NCBI GenBank assembly: GCA_964188305.1
Contig: OZ076896.1
Origin: Podarcis bocagei
Taxonomy: Eukaryota
Length of the DNA stretch: 64,000 nt
Strand: one strand, 5' to 3'
Numbering within the stretch: position 1 is the first letter of the stretch; each line of letters opens with the position of its first letter. Under the pieces are notes generated by a model. It saw only the letters and a program-made list of their open reading frames with translations. It made no database searches and had not been told where the DNA came from. The position numbers were made by a program, and so were the translations under genes. Below are positions 1 to 13,380 of the stretch, one piece after another.

Positions 1-935
1 AAAAGTCGATTATATAAAACACAGTTTAGGGTCCTGAATCAGCAGTCGAACAGTGGACCTTATTCTGATTTCCTCAGCTAGAAACCTTGCAACCTTTGTA
101 GTCATCTGCTTCTCTTGATCTGGAGCAGCACAATGTTTGCCCACAAAATTTGGCAGAGATGCTACTCTGTTTCACACATTCCCTTGTGGGAAATGATTTC
201 TAAATTCAACAGACCAAATTAACTAACATTAGTTAAGATGGACTAAATGTTACCTCCAGATTCCAAAGCACTTCATTAACAAAGATTAGAATTCCCTCAA
301 TAGTTCTTATTCATGATGAATGCAACAATACTGGCAGACGTTTGTGTCTGTAACTGTAAAAATGGAGTATGTGCCAGTTATTTGTGGCTAGTCACAGTTT
401 CCAATGCATTTCCACCGCCTATTTGCATACAGTATGTGCCTCTTCTGTTCAGAGGTCATTGAAGGATGTGCTTTGGACACGCTGAAAAGATGCTAGCTGT
501 GTAAAGTGAAAATTACAGTATGAAGTAAACCTAATTTGGATACCTGTTTCCAAGGCCCTGGGAAATAGATTTGGTATCACAAGATCTCAGAGAATCCTTA
601 TAATATCCTCAGTGTCTCCAGCTGAGGTCTTTCTGTTTGCAGTCAGCAGACACCACCATCTGGGCATGACTAAGCCAGTTTCACACCAGATAAGCCCAAG
701 TGATATTTTTGTTCACTTCACAATGAATTCAGATTTTAATGAGCTAGTGTGAGAGGCAAACAGCAAATTAGACACTACAGCCACATATCCCCCTAAATTG
801 CCAGGGCTAATAAGGAGAAAGAACAAAAGCAATAATCTCCCCAACCAACAAAGCAACAGATGAGAAGTGAATGGGCAAGCCCTGGGGATAATCTCTTGCT
901 TTTGTGACTACAGTTGTATCACTGTAATAGGTAGT

Positions 936-1002
936 GAGCCTGGCGTGCTCTGGTCCATGGGGTCACGAAGAGTCGGACACGACTAAACGACTAAACAACA
1001 AC
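936..1002 (+). mobile_element. Extremely 5'-truncated Bov-B (RTE) LINE 3' end
   Basis: ggtccatggggtcacgaagagtcggacacgactaaacgactaaacaacaac tail, near-identical to the end of the Bov-B copy at 44090-44157. Perfect 10-bp TSD aataggtagt at 926-935 and 1003-1012. Confidence 0.92.
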
Positions 1003-2536
1003 AATAGGTAGTAATTTGGGAACATGTACCTTATGTGCAACTTCCACACTAAAAGATCACAAAGTATTTCTGTGCACAGTATCATTTTATGAGCCCATGG
1101 GGTACAACTTCCTCTGGAATGGAAAGTAGCAACTGGTCAGCTCTACGTATCATAGATGAACAGCATTCACATGACGTTAAGTCTTATATTTTGCATAAGC
1201 AATGGGGAAAAGAAAGAGGTGGAATTTGGTTCATTTGTCAGGATTTTAGCATTTTTAAAGCAAAGAGCCATTGGTGGGGTTGGAATGTTTAACTGATCAA
1301 TCAGTTCTATTAATTGACTAAAAAGGTGCCCAGAAGGAATTGAGCGTAAGATTTTGTGCAGAAGTCCTTTAAAAAACTGCAGGTAGTTGAACCATTTTGA
1401 AAGTGGCATTCCCCTTTTCACTAGCATGCCTCTTCTAAGATAAAGGCCATAGTGATATATGTGCCCATTATCTAAAAAAACAAAGGAAGTATGTTTCCTG
1501 CTTCATAGTAATTGCTTTTACCCATGAGCAAATTTAGATTAATCAACTAAAATTAATGTGATTTAAAAAGTAATATTTCTTCAATGGGGTGATGACACTA
1601 GTTATCAGCTCTGCAAAATATGGTTTTAGGGAAATGCTCATGAAACATAGTTTGACCCAGAGCATACAGGTGCGCCAGCTGCATTTCCCTTGGTGTAAGA
1701 GACTTTGCTTTCTGAGTCACATGCCTGGGACAGGAATGCTCACTTCAGTAACACGCACTCTAAAATGCACAACCCAAAGTTTATTTTCATAGTTCTAACT
1801 ACTTTTTTCTTAAAGGGATTTCAAACTATGGATTTAGAACACTATTTCCAGATGTACTATAACCTCATTTATTTATTTTTGAGGAGATTTTATCATCTAC
1901 TGACTCACAAATTTCCTGCTACACCTATTTGGCCCTAGGAAACCTACATCAAATCTTTCAGGGGCGAAGTAGGACACTTGATGCAGCCTGTCCAAGAAGC
2001 AGAGGTGGAAATACTTGCATCATCTCACAATGGAGGCAGCAAGAACTGAACAACATGTCCAAAACTGTTACTGATGCAGATGTCCTGGGAACATACCATT
2101 TCTGAATGTGCCATCTCAGTGTGCAGAACCAGTTTGTTGGCCAGCGGTAGAGATTCGCTGAAGACTAATTATATTGGTCTGAAACATGGGGTGTGGCTCC
2201 GTCTCCTTCGCTCTCCACAGATGACCTCTTAGATTCAACATTTGGTATATAGTGATATTTTAATTCCACCCTCCCATGTGCTTGATTCATTCATTCTTGC
2301 CTCCTCCCACTCTGTGTACATTCTTGGAAGAGGGGAAGACAGAGCTGCTGTTGCATCAGGCACCTTCCCCTTTGCCAGTCCACTACTGCCTTCATATGAA
2401 GCACTCCTGGGGGTGCTTTAATCTCTCCAAATTTAGGATTGCTGGCAGTAACAAGCTAAACCACAGTTCTTGCTAATGAAGCCCAGATAGGAAATAAGAG
2501 GTTGGAAGCAGAGTACAACTTCAGTTAGGATACATC

Positions 2537-2640
2537 TAGTCCAGAGATGGGAACCTGTGGCCAGATGTCATTGGACTCCAACTCCCACCAGCCCAAGCCA
2601 GCAGGGATGATGGGAGCTGTAGTCCTACATGATCTCCAGT
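2537..2640. mobile_element. Degenerate palindromic MITE (ggactacaactcccatca...tgatgggagttgtagtcc family, probably hAT-derived)
   Basis: Fold-back core ggactccaactccca...tgggagctgtagtcc. Related copies at about 7335-7445, 13755-13875, 30310-30372, 33190-33255, 37895-37990, 55940-56030 and 59643-59773. Confidence 0.7.
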
Positions 2641-2689
2641 CCTTTTTATTGTATCACAACAGGCAACCAGATGTACTGAAAAGGTCCAC

Positions 2690-3210
2690 AAGCAGTGGAC
2701 AAAGGCAGTAGCTAGCCCTTCCATGCTGTTGCCTTCCTAGCAAATGGTATTCAGTGATCGCTGCTTCTGATAGAGGTTCTGTTGGATTAATGGCCTAATA
2801 ACCCTTGATGCATATCTTTGTTGAACTGGTCTATTTCCCATTGAAAGCCCTCTAAGCTCATAGCCAACACTCATTAATTCCTGGTCATGAAGTCTAGCAC
2901 TTGCTGCATAATTCATAAATCTACTCATCCAATGAGATTGCAGCCTTAATTATGCATTATGGGAAGAAGTACTTTCTCTTATCTGTTCTGTATCTATTGC
3001 CAATCAGTTTAGGTAACCCCTGATTCTTAGCATCGTAGGAAAGGGTAGACCGTCCCCCCCCCAATTTTCTCAACACGATGCATCATTTTTTAACCTTGAT
3101 CATGTCACCATGTAGTCACCTCTTCTCTAAAGTAAAGCATCTCCTTTTAGTTAGTCTTTCCTAATAGGCAGCTCAAGTCCTTGAACATTTTGGCTTCCCC
3201 TTCCAGTCCA
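2690..3210 (-). mobile_element. Old CR1-type LINE 3' fragment
   Basis: Motifs such as gaagaagtactttctcttatctgttct and ttctctaaagtaaagcatc resemble reverse-strand CR1 ORF2 ends; heavily degenerate. Confidence 0.55.
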
Positions 3211-4039
3211 GAATGAAAACAGGTAGCCACTTATACACCTGAAGTTCTTAGCATTTGTCCCTGACAATGCAGTGGTAATATTTCGAGAGAAGAGGGTAAA
3301 GCAGAATCAGCACATTCATGTTGAGGACTATTTTTGCATTCCAGATTTTTGCCTAAAACACATGGGGCAATGCCCTGAGATTTTTGTCTGTTCAGCAGGG
3401 GACTCCTGCTGCCCTTCAGACTTCTGCATCAGAGTTGTTCCTGACAATGCAATTCTTGGGAGACAAGGGAGAGTTAAAGCTGAATCAATAATTAAATTTT
3501 GAGGACTAATTTTTGGCCTGAGATTTTTGTCAATTCAACAGGGGACTCCCTCTGCCCTTCCAACTTTTTTTTATCAGTGTTGCCAGCAACAAGTTATTCA
3601 TAAACAATGACTCACATTTCCACCTTCCCAACTAAACACTGATTTCAAATAATCTCTTTTATTGATGATTTAAAATATGACTTTAGGAAACAAACTACTG
3701 AAATATTTTTCTTTGTAACCCTGTTGATATAAATGAGGGGGTGCACAAGAAGGTGCTCTTGCTCAGCTCCCCCTCCTTTTTCTGCTGATCATATAACACC
3801 CAGGCATTTGATAGATGAAAAATAGGTTGACATGAGAGTAAATGCTTGTTACTGAATGGCCTCTGAGGACTTCAGCAGCTGACATGTCCCACACTACACT
3901 GGGGAAATCCTAGTCCCCAAATGTATATGAACACAGAATTCTTACATATTTCAAGAAAAGTACTCAGATTTGTGATATGACACCAATCTTGGTGTGGAGC
4001 TAGACAACATCCATGAAGCTGCATGTTGGAAGATTCAGG

Positions 4040-4205
4040 GCAGAGCTACAATTTCCAGAGTTCCCTGTGAAGATGGATCAATTGTTAAACCATTCTGGGC
4101 ACTGTAGCTTTGGGAGGAGAATAGGGGTCTCTTAACAACTCTCAGCACCGTTAACAAACTGCAGTTCCCAGAAATCTTTGGGGGAAGCCATGACTGTTTG
4201 AAGGG
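4040..4205. mobile_element. Lizard non-autonomous DNA-transposon-like repeat fragment
   Basis: agagctacaatttccaga...tctgggcactgtagct inverted pair followed by ctttgggggaagccatgactgttt, a repeat recurrent in lacertid genomes (recalled). Confidence 0.55.
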
Positions 4206-6695
4206 AGTGTGTGTCTTTCTACTAACTCTAATGGAGATGCTATTCTGTGGTGAAGCTGCCAGGGCAACATTTACTTCTATTCAGCCCTTTGTCAGCCTAT
4301 CCCATCACTCTGTGTTTTTGTTTCATTATATTGCAACAGGAAAGGTTCTGGCAGCAGAAAGGTTGCTGTTTCATATCTGCCTATAGCTCAATGAAAAGGG
4401 TGGAAATGCAACAGCGACACACTGTTATCCGCAGCTCTGCAGGCGAACCATGTGTCAAGATCAAGTGTAAAAGAAAACAGCTTACATTGCATCTCATTGC
4501 TGAGTTGCCCTCATAAATCAGAATCACTCTCACCTTGACTGATGCCTTCCCAAAGTCAAATGGGAAGAAGGAACACACTTAACCTGATTCATTATTGGGA
4601 AGACTGCCAATTTGCCAGGGATTTCTAGTGCCCAACAAGTGTAAGGAAAGAAGAGGTGATTTTTCTTTCTCAGCAATTATTTCCATAAAACACCCCTGAT
4701 TAACTTATCATAAATGTCGCTCAGCTTAAAGATGGCAGCTGCACTCCTTGTCTGGAACCACATTACATTGCCGGAAGGACGGTGACTTCCAGGTCTCTGA
4801 ACAAACTTAAGGATACCTTTGAAAGCAATTTCCATTACAGATCTGAGTTTTGTAAACAAACTCCGAGAGAGACCCACACCAGTTGAGAAAAAACTAGAAA
4901 GCCTAAAATCTCTTGCATATGCATTCTTGGGATCTCTAGACTTCATGATTCGTGGCCCAACCTATCAGAACTCTTCCATAGAAAGCTACAAAGCTTAGGA
5001 ACAAGATTGAAACACAGCTTCACCTTTTTCAACATATCCAGGCCCTGGATATCCATCCCACATGTGTTCTGCTGTCTGCCAGCCCTGAGTGTTCATTTTG
5101 CAGGGTCAGAGGGAAAGGGGAATCACTCTGTTGATGTTGCTAGGCAACCCACAGCCGTCATCACCAAATACCCAGTGCTTTATTTCTCAAAAGGCCCCAG
5201 TTCCTGGAAGCCAGGCTGTTTGGGCCAGAAGACCTCTTTCCCAATCTTAGAAGTGAAACAGCTACTTGGGCCTGCGTGGCGATGAAGGGAAGCCGTTCTG
5301 CATGTGCTCAAAAGGATCCCTTGCATCATTAAAATCCCATTTTAATTCACATATTTGAGAGTTGAGCTCCCGAGCATGAAAACAGGATTGAGGGCTGAGC
5401 TTTGTCTCAAAGTAAGTCTTTGGGGCACATCAGCATTGTGGCCGCAGTTGCCTAGCAGAATGATTTCTTTTCCAGGTCTAGCAATAGGAAATAAGCAGGG
5501 ATCATCACGGAGAGAAGTGCATACCACAACAGCCAGACTGAAGGGCAGTCAGACATGCACAGTGCTCAGAGCAGTCCAAGCCATGTCTCTCTTCAGAGCA
5601 GTGCTCAAACGATGGAGAAAAGGAGTTGAGACCCCTTCATGAAATGTAACCCCTCCACCAACAATTTTAGCTAAATCATGTCCCCAATAACCTTCTTTTA
5701 AAAAGCTAAATTACAAAATTCGGGGTTTGAAAAATGAGCATTTGATACTGCATGATTAGTACACACTTGTATACTGGTATTAGTATGATTAGTATACACT
5801 ATCTCACTCAAGCTGCTGGGTAGCTAAAGCTCTCTGGATTGGTCAGATATCTGGGAATATAACTACATGTAAGCATCTGTGTACTGCAGTTCTCCTGAAA
5901 GCATCAGCAACCGGATGTACAAGATGACTTAATAACACCGATCTGTTCCATCTCACTCTCTCAAACACACGTCACAGACCTTTCCCCCTTGTTCCAGCGA
6001 GGCAATAACAATATCCCCAAACAGCTGATCTTCCTCACTGTTCCAGCCAAAGCTAGTTGTCTTCTTTCTTTTCAAGAGACTTCTTGTGAGCAGAATTAGA
6101 GTGAGCAGGGTTTGTTTTCATGCAGTTCCTTTCCAGTGCTGAGCAAATCTCAAGAAAACTGACTGCAATCATTTGCAGATCATTTTCCATCCTCCTGCAT
6201 CGGTCTTCCAAAATGACTGCTTTCACGAACCCAGACATAATTTTTTTAGAGTTACCTTTGCCCTGTTGAGTAGTACCTCCAGGTTACTGTTAAAATAAAA
6301 CTAATATTTAAAACTACACTTTAATCGTCTTGTTAAATGAAAGAGAACATTGTATAAGCTTAGCGGGGTGGGGGGTGGGGAGAATGGAAACACAAGGCTA
6401 GAGGGAAATACAAGGGCAAAAAAGCTTTGATCCAATACAGGATTCATGCTCAGCCGGAGTAATCAGAACCATATGCAGAAACTATGGGACTTTCAGCTGC
6501 TCTTTAATTAAATAGCATAAAAATGACTTGACATCATTTTGTGTACTGGGGCACTTTGCAGAAGTGCTTTATACTAGGATAAGTAGCCTTATGGAATGTC
6601 CTCCACTGGTTGAAAAAAGCAACAAGACCCCAAGTACCTTGGAAACTGCTGAAATCAGTGAGACAATATATCAAAGAGTGACATGAACTAAAGCA

Positions 6696-6696
<1 letters not shown>

Positions 6697-6775
<79 letters not shown>

Positions 6776-6784
6776 AGAGAGAGA
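6697..6784. repeat. (GT)n(GA)n compound microsatellite
   Basis: Directly visible. Confidence 0.97.
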
Positions 6785-9699
6785 ACAAATAGACAACTAT
6801 TGGGTTGACCACAGAGGACTCTTACACCTCTTAAGTGTATAAAATAAACAGGATCCACTCAAAAGGTAAACTAGTTTCTAATCATTTCCCGAGTGGTTCT
6901 GCTTTATATTTTGGCTTATTGCATCAACAGGAGTTCTTTGAAAATGATGGTAAATTTGGGTGTAAGACTGAATGCACAACATTTGATTTTACTTATCTAT
7001 AATAAACCTGCATGCATAATTTTAGCCCGTATACACCCAATTTGGCACATCTGAGTGGTTTTTATTTGCATTTGGCCTTTTATATATGCTGTTAAATTTA
7101 TTGTGTCCTGTTCTGTATGCCAAGAAGGAACAATAAGCTGAGGGTGACAACGTAAGAATCAAAACCACATGAATATTTTGCATCAAGAGACAGATTTGGA
7201 ATTTGTCACATTTGTTTCCTTACCTTTCTTTCAAGGAGCACTTCGCCCATAAAATAGGTCAGGCAGAAAGTGGGAAAGGGAAGGGGATGTTTCGAGTGAA
7301 CTTCATGGCAGAGTGGAGATGGAACTAAAGTGAGGTCAACCTTCGCCAACCGGGTGTCCTCCAGAAGTTCTGGACTACCAGCCCCACCCGGAAGAACATC
7401 AGCTCAGCCTCTGGTCCAAAATATCTGAAGGACACCAGATTGGCAAAGACTGACCCAAGCCAAATGTTCTGTGCTGAGAAATCTTGACTCAAAGGTTGGG
7501 ACGGTCAAAGAAGAAGAGGAGGAGGAGGAGGAGAGAGAGAGTACCCCACACAAGGGGCTGATTTCAGTGAGAGGGATAGGGGAAAAAATCCCCAGGATTT
7601 TAAGATACAGAACTTTTCTGGCCATACTGGTGGAAGATTCTTTTTTGTTTAGTTCATTTTTGCTGCTTTCTATTAGTCATGTCGGAGCTCCTCGTTGTGG
7701 TCAGATAGTGGGAACCATTTTCTTCCTCATAATGATTGGGAATTTTACTACTGCCTTTGCTAGGCCACTTTGGGGGAGGAAATGGTGTCTGGTCAGTACA
7801 AGAAACAACAAAAACTGAAACCTGCCCTCATTGTTGCTGACAAAAGTAATCTTGAAAAATATCTCTCCCCACTTCATTTTCATATCCTGTGAATGGGATT
7901 ACAAATCCATGGAAGTGCATTTTGCTTTGGCACTAAAACAAACCCATAATTTTCTAGCCCAAAGTCAAACTCTCCACCACTGGCTATAAAAAATAGTTTT
8001 TAATGGTTTGAAGATGATGCATGTAATCTCTGTACATTTCGCATTTAACGGTAGAGGCATTGATAAAAACTCATGAAAACTGTATATAGCTGAGCAGATG
8101 TTTACACATAAAGCATTTTTAAAAAGAAGGTATGGCTACAATCCCAAGGAAAAAGTTGAGTTGGATGCAGAGGAAGTTAGTCACAACTATAATCTATGAC
8201 TAATTTCCTCAAGATCCAACCCATTTGAGATTCCAGGATGGGCAAACGTATGGAGTTGCAGCCAACACATGTCCAAAGAGTATGAGTAAAAAGTAAAAGT
8301 GGGTTTTCCCATTATTTCCTAATTAAATATGGTTATACATTGGAAAGCATCTACAGTAGGGAGCACCTGGTTACAATCTACCTATCTTTTCATAACATAC
8401 ACTCTAATCCTTCTTATCCCTTTTCAGCTTTGCACACTGTTTATAGAAAGAGCAGTGTTTTTCATCCATATTTCTTATTTCCATAACGGATTCAGTGTCC
8501 TATTTTCATTTTTTTTTTGTTTCTTCTTCTTCTTTGTTTAGTCTTGTATGCCTTAAGCAAGCTGAACTATTGTTGAATTTGCAGTGCTATAAAATGTGGC
8601 AGCAAATGTCGAACTGAAAAAAACCAAAGGGTTGTATTCAACTAACTTTTATTTTCAGTAGACTCTGTGAAATTAATGTTCTCTAAATTAGCCATGGCCA
8701 ACAATTTCAATAGGTCTACTCTGAGCAAAGGTTAGTAGATGCCCATCCAAAACAAACTTAGATTAAAAACCCCAGTGGGTCCAAAAGAATTGAGAATCAT
8801 AAATGTGTGACTGCTAAAATGGGAGTTCCATATAGCAACTATAATCTTGTTAATTTTGGCATTTCTCTTTCTTCTTCCCAGAGTTGAACTGCACCATCTG
8901 CTCCAGTAGCAACTAGCATCGATTAAGGCTGAAACGGACACTGTTTTCCAGAAGCGTGTTTTGTAGTAAAAAAATAATAATGTCCTGTTTCTTCTGTGTT
9001 TTCTGGCAGTACCTGCAAAAACACCTACCTATTCATCTGCACTACCTTCTCTTGCTCTCTTTCACAAGTGACTTTGTTTGCCCCTGAAGGCGTTGTCATA
9101 GAAAAACTTGCCCTCTGGAATAACTTCCGCAAGAAGAAATGATACATGTGAGAGGTATAGTGGGAGGCTGAAGTTATTTGGTTTTGTTCTATGCTCCCTT
9201 CTGTTTATTATTTATTTGAGACTTTTGTTTACCGCCTTTTGCCAGTAGGTCCCAAAGTGGTTTGCATCAATAAAAATATGAAACAATGGTGCAGCTTGAG
9301 CAAGATGTAGCACCTTAGACCACGGCATAACTGGAGCTAAGGATGATCTGCCTTCACCCTGGGACTTTTAAAAAAAGTGGCGCCCAAGGAGAGACAGAGA
9401 GGACATTGGATTCCATAGCAGAATGCTGCAAATTAGAAAATATTTGTCAGCCTTGAATTTGGGAAATATCTTACGGATATCTATGAAAAAGTTATAGACT
9501 TTTAATCCCTTTCTGCAGGGATTGCAGTCTTAATCTCCCCTCACTGTTTTTATTGCTGCCACTTTGGTGGTCTGGTTAATTTTTCTCCCTAACCCCCAAG
9601 GGAAGATCAGCTTCCCTCACACAAATCAACTGTAGACAAACCCAGCTTCGAAATCTTGAGTGACAAATGATGACCACTAGGGGGATCACACACAAAAAC

Positions 9700-9705
9700 T
9701 TTATT
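9700..9705 (-). terminator. Candidate XRCC4 polyadenylation signal
   Basis: First minus-strand AATAAA, about 150 nt after the stop codon, followed by a T/GT-rich tract. An alternative AATAAA lies at 9549-9554. Confidence 0.5.
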
Positions 9706-9854
9706 AGAAAAAGATAAAGCCATTGTTAAAAATGTTCTCCGAAAGAACAAATAGCCCCCCCCCCCCGCTTCTAGATAAAAATATTCTTTTTGAGACAAAT
9801 AATTAATTGGACATAATCAGCTTGTAGTGAGGTCATAGTCTTCTTCCAGATTGG

Positions 9855-9963
9855 TCAGATATCATCAAAGAGGTCTTCAGGATCACCAGTGTTTTTTTCT
9901 GACTCTGAAGGCATCTCTTTCGATGACGGCTGCTTGTCTGACGATTTTGGAGGAGAATCAGCT
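9855..9963 (-). CDS. XRCC4: XRCC4 terminal coding exon
   Basis: Acceptor ctctgctttaaatctctag, phase 2 in. Encodes ADSPPKSSDKQPSSKEMPSESEKNTGDPEDLFDDI* (TGA at 9857-9855); human XRCC4 ends PEDLFDEI. Not present in the supplied ORF track. Confidence 0.95.
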
Positions 9964-11308
9964 CTAGAGATTTAAAGCAGAGAACCTTTGTGAAACAAAT
10001 TTATGTTGGTTATTTTTAAACCATGTTAGGTGAAGATACTTAAAGGAAAGTTTAGTGTCTTTGGAGACTGTATTCATTTTTAGGATGAAATTCTGCTCAT
10101 ATTTGCTACTTGCTCATTTGCGGTAAAGCCAGCAATGAAAATTATTCAGGTTGCAGTAGTTTAGCTGTCACTTTTCCATTTGAATCCCCCCTCTCATTTT
10201 CCTCAAGATGCCAATCCAACCTGTGATGCCAACATAAAGAATTAAGCAGAAGCAAGCAAGTAAATGGAAAAGACAGCTAAGCTGTATTTAGTTCAGTTAC
10301 CACTGCATGGCATAGCTGGAAATTGGCTGGAGTTCCCCCCTCATTTTTCTCGCATGAGATTTATAGCCATTTTCTAATATTTTGACATTAGGAGCAAATT
10401 CCTAAATTTCAAGGTCTTAAGCTCTACCTTCTGCCTTGCCAATAGTTGAAATATCAAAAACAAAACAAAAAAACCCTTACAAATAGCAAAAAGATTTGAA
10501 CTTTCAAATCTAGAGAGTGTATTTGGGCCTGTTGTGCATATTTGAAATCCTTGAGAAGAATGTGTTTAGATATTCCCAATTTCTTTACCTTCATTGCTTG
10601 TCTTTTAATTACAGTGGTTAAAAAATAAAATCTGCAGTTTACTGAGAAATGTAATAAATCCTGATTCATAGAGTTGTTAGCAGGTTGATACAGTCAAGCA
10701 GCTGGCACAGGAATTGCATGATCCAAACTTCTGTTGTGTACCACACAAGTAACTTATCACATAAGCCAGGTATTCCACGCAAACCAAGAGATGTGGGCAA
10801 TCATAAGGCCCTCTTTGGACAACCTCCTCTTACTTCTCCCCAGGATCTGAGAGTAAAATGAGACTATGCCAGCCAGCCACACTCCCAACACCAGCGCATC
10901 CATCTAGCCACACCCCCAGCAGCACCTATCTGTTTAGCTCAAGGAAGCAAATGGTATAAAGGAACAAGAGGCAGGGGAGCTGACCTGGGCCCCAGTTTAT
11001 GGGTGCCCGGTGCACATGACAGCATGTTGTCATGCCCGTGTCCTGGCCTTGGAACCTCGCAAGACTTCAGACTTGACTTCTGGTGCTTCGTGAGGCACTG
11101 GAAGTTGTGTCGGGGGCTCTCTGGTGAGCACCCGCAACAATTTTTTGTGGGTGCTTGGGCACCCAGAGCCCTCTATAGTTGGTGCCCTTGACAGGAGGTC
11201 ACCACCTTGCCAAAGCTAAGCAGGCATGAGCCTAACCAGTTCAGATGGGAGACCACCAGGGAAACACATGTATATCCCTGTGGGTTCCATGACAGAAGGC
11301 AGGGTATA

Positions 11309-11558
11309 CAGTGGTGCCCCGCAAGACGAATGCCTCGCAAGATGAAAAACTCGCTAGATGAAAGGGTTTTTCGGTTTTGCGTTGCTTCGCTAGACAAATT
11401 TCCCTATGGGCTTGCTTCGCAAGATGAAAACGTCTTGCGCTTTTTTCTTAAAGCCGCTTGAGGCGCAGTTGCAACGGACCGTGCTTCGCAAGACGAAAAA
11501 CATCGCAAGACGAAAAGACTCGCGGAACAAATTATTTTCGTCTTGCGAGGCACCACTG
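11309..11558. mobile_element. Tc1/mariner-pogo (Tigger-like) MITE, family A
   Basis: TIRs cagtggtgccccgcaagacgaa / ttcgtcttgcgaggcaccactg, flanked by TA on both sides. Internal tcgcaagacgaa repeats. Second copy at 46851-47185. Confidence 0.9.
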
Positions 11559-11582
11559 TAAATGTTACAAAAGTAAGAAATA

Positions 11583-11819
11583 CAGTGGTACCTTGGGTTA
11601 AGTACTTAATTCGTTCCAGAGGTCCATACTTAACCTGAAACTGTTCTTAACCTGAAGCACCACTTTAGCTAATGGGGCCTCCTGCTGCTGCCGTGCCACC
11701 AGAGCACGATTTCTGTTCCTGAAGCAAAGTTCTTAACCTGAAGCACTATTTCTGGGTTAGCAGAGACTGTAACATGAAGCGTATGTAACCTGAAGCGTAT
11801 GTAACCCGAGGTACCACTG
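11583..11819. mobile_element. Tc1/mariner-pogo MITE, family B
   Basis: TIRs cagtggtaccttgggtta / taacccgaggtaccactg with TA TSD. Internal taacctgaag repeats. Second copy at 18440-18673. Confidence 0.9.
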
Positions 11820-12239
11820 TAAAGAGACCCTCGTATCCTCATACTAAGTGCACAGGGGCTTCCATCTTATATCTTGATTGTGAAGCACAGATGCACAGAT
11901 ACCAGGGGCATGGACAGAAGGGCATGAAGAGGCATTGCTCTTTTCCTCACACTGTTACAATACACAAAGCGTTTTCTTAAACACACAGTAAGCAATGGAA
12001 TCTCTGCTCTCTGGCTCATACAGTTTGTGCTGCCGCCACCACCACATTAGTTAAAGGAGCCTTGTGAACTCTATGACATTTAGCAGGATTGCCAGGGAAC
12101 CAAAACTTTAAAATACATCCCCAAATCAAGGATATTATAGTCCCACCGTGGTTTGTCCAGTGATGTTTTGAACATTCCCACCACAGATGAAGAAAGTCTG
12201 CTTTGGGAGTGTGCCAGAACTTGAGAATATGTCTGCTTG

Positions 12240-12400
12240 GGGAGTCCCAGGTTGAAATCCATTCTCACCTATAAACCTCACTGGGTGACACTGGGCTATC
12301 TCTCAGTCTAACCTAAGGTTGTTGTGAGGATAAAACAAAGGAAAAGAAGTACACACACTATGTTCATCTCCTTGGAGAAAAAGCAGGATAATAATGTAAT
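12240..12400 (+). mobile_element. Old CORE/MIR-like SINE
   Basis: B-box-like ggttgaaatcc, ctgggtgacactgggc, core ggttgttgtgaggataaaa and an AT-rich tail. Confidence 0.6.
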
Positions 12401-13380
12401 GAAAAAAGAATTCTAACTTCACCACAGTTTAGCACCCTCAAATGTGAAACATCAACTCTGTTTATGAGTTGTGTGACTAATACAGAGAGCTGAACCACAA
12501 ATTGAAGGGCAGGTAAGAGCACTGATAAGTATTTGTTTTCTCAGCTGAGAACGAGCCACACAAACCTGAAAAAGCAGATGTGAGACATCTGAACAGACAA
12601 AGCAAAGCACCCACTAACTATTTAGTGTGATTGAGTGCCTATCCTAATGATGAGGTGATACGACAGATAATGCAACTTAAATGCTCCTACAGCCACACAA
12701 ATTTCAGAATTCTGACAACAAATTAAATATTTCAAAGCTCTTGGAATGTTTACCTAAAACTCAGTTACATGTTAACATCTATATCCAAAGTGACATGTGC
12801 TATTGTTAATAATACAGGGAATAAACACTTTGCCCTTTTCCTTTTGAAAAAAGAAAAATTCAGATTGGAGGCTGAATTTGCCAAGACTTTATATAAGATC
12901 TACATAAGTGTAGGATGCTTGGTTTTTTGCCAGTGCTGGCACATCCATCATGTCCTAGGCTGTGCTGACATATTTACTGGGGCTTTGTTCTTAAATTCCC
13001 AGTGTGGGGTATATTGTAGCATGGTTCACGTATTAGGAAATGTTTTCCTAGAAATTCTAACAACTACACTGGAAAACTACTTGGATTTGGTTATGCTCTA
13101 TGCTCTATATAAATTTATCATTAGTTAATCACTCCCCTGTATGAAAATGATGGGGAACTAACATGTTTCCCACTAAACTTTGTGTCTCCCAGGGTGAGAA
13201 TTTCTATGTCATGTTTTCAGATACTATGGGAGTTCCTTCACCTCCTATCACTGTGCAGAGCAACATATTCATGGTAGTGGTTTCTTCTATGGGAGGGGTG
13301 GGGTAAAATACTCATTACCATTGTACTGGATGGTAATGTAGTCAGGAAGATAGACATCCCTTCATTACATCATGACGTTA

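Noticed and set aside
4677-6238. Intergenic minus-strand ORFs (89 aa and 61 aa) as VCAN or novel exons
   Set aside because: No recognisable domain, no similarity to the versican N-terminus that I can see, and no consistent splice chain.
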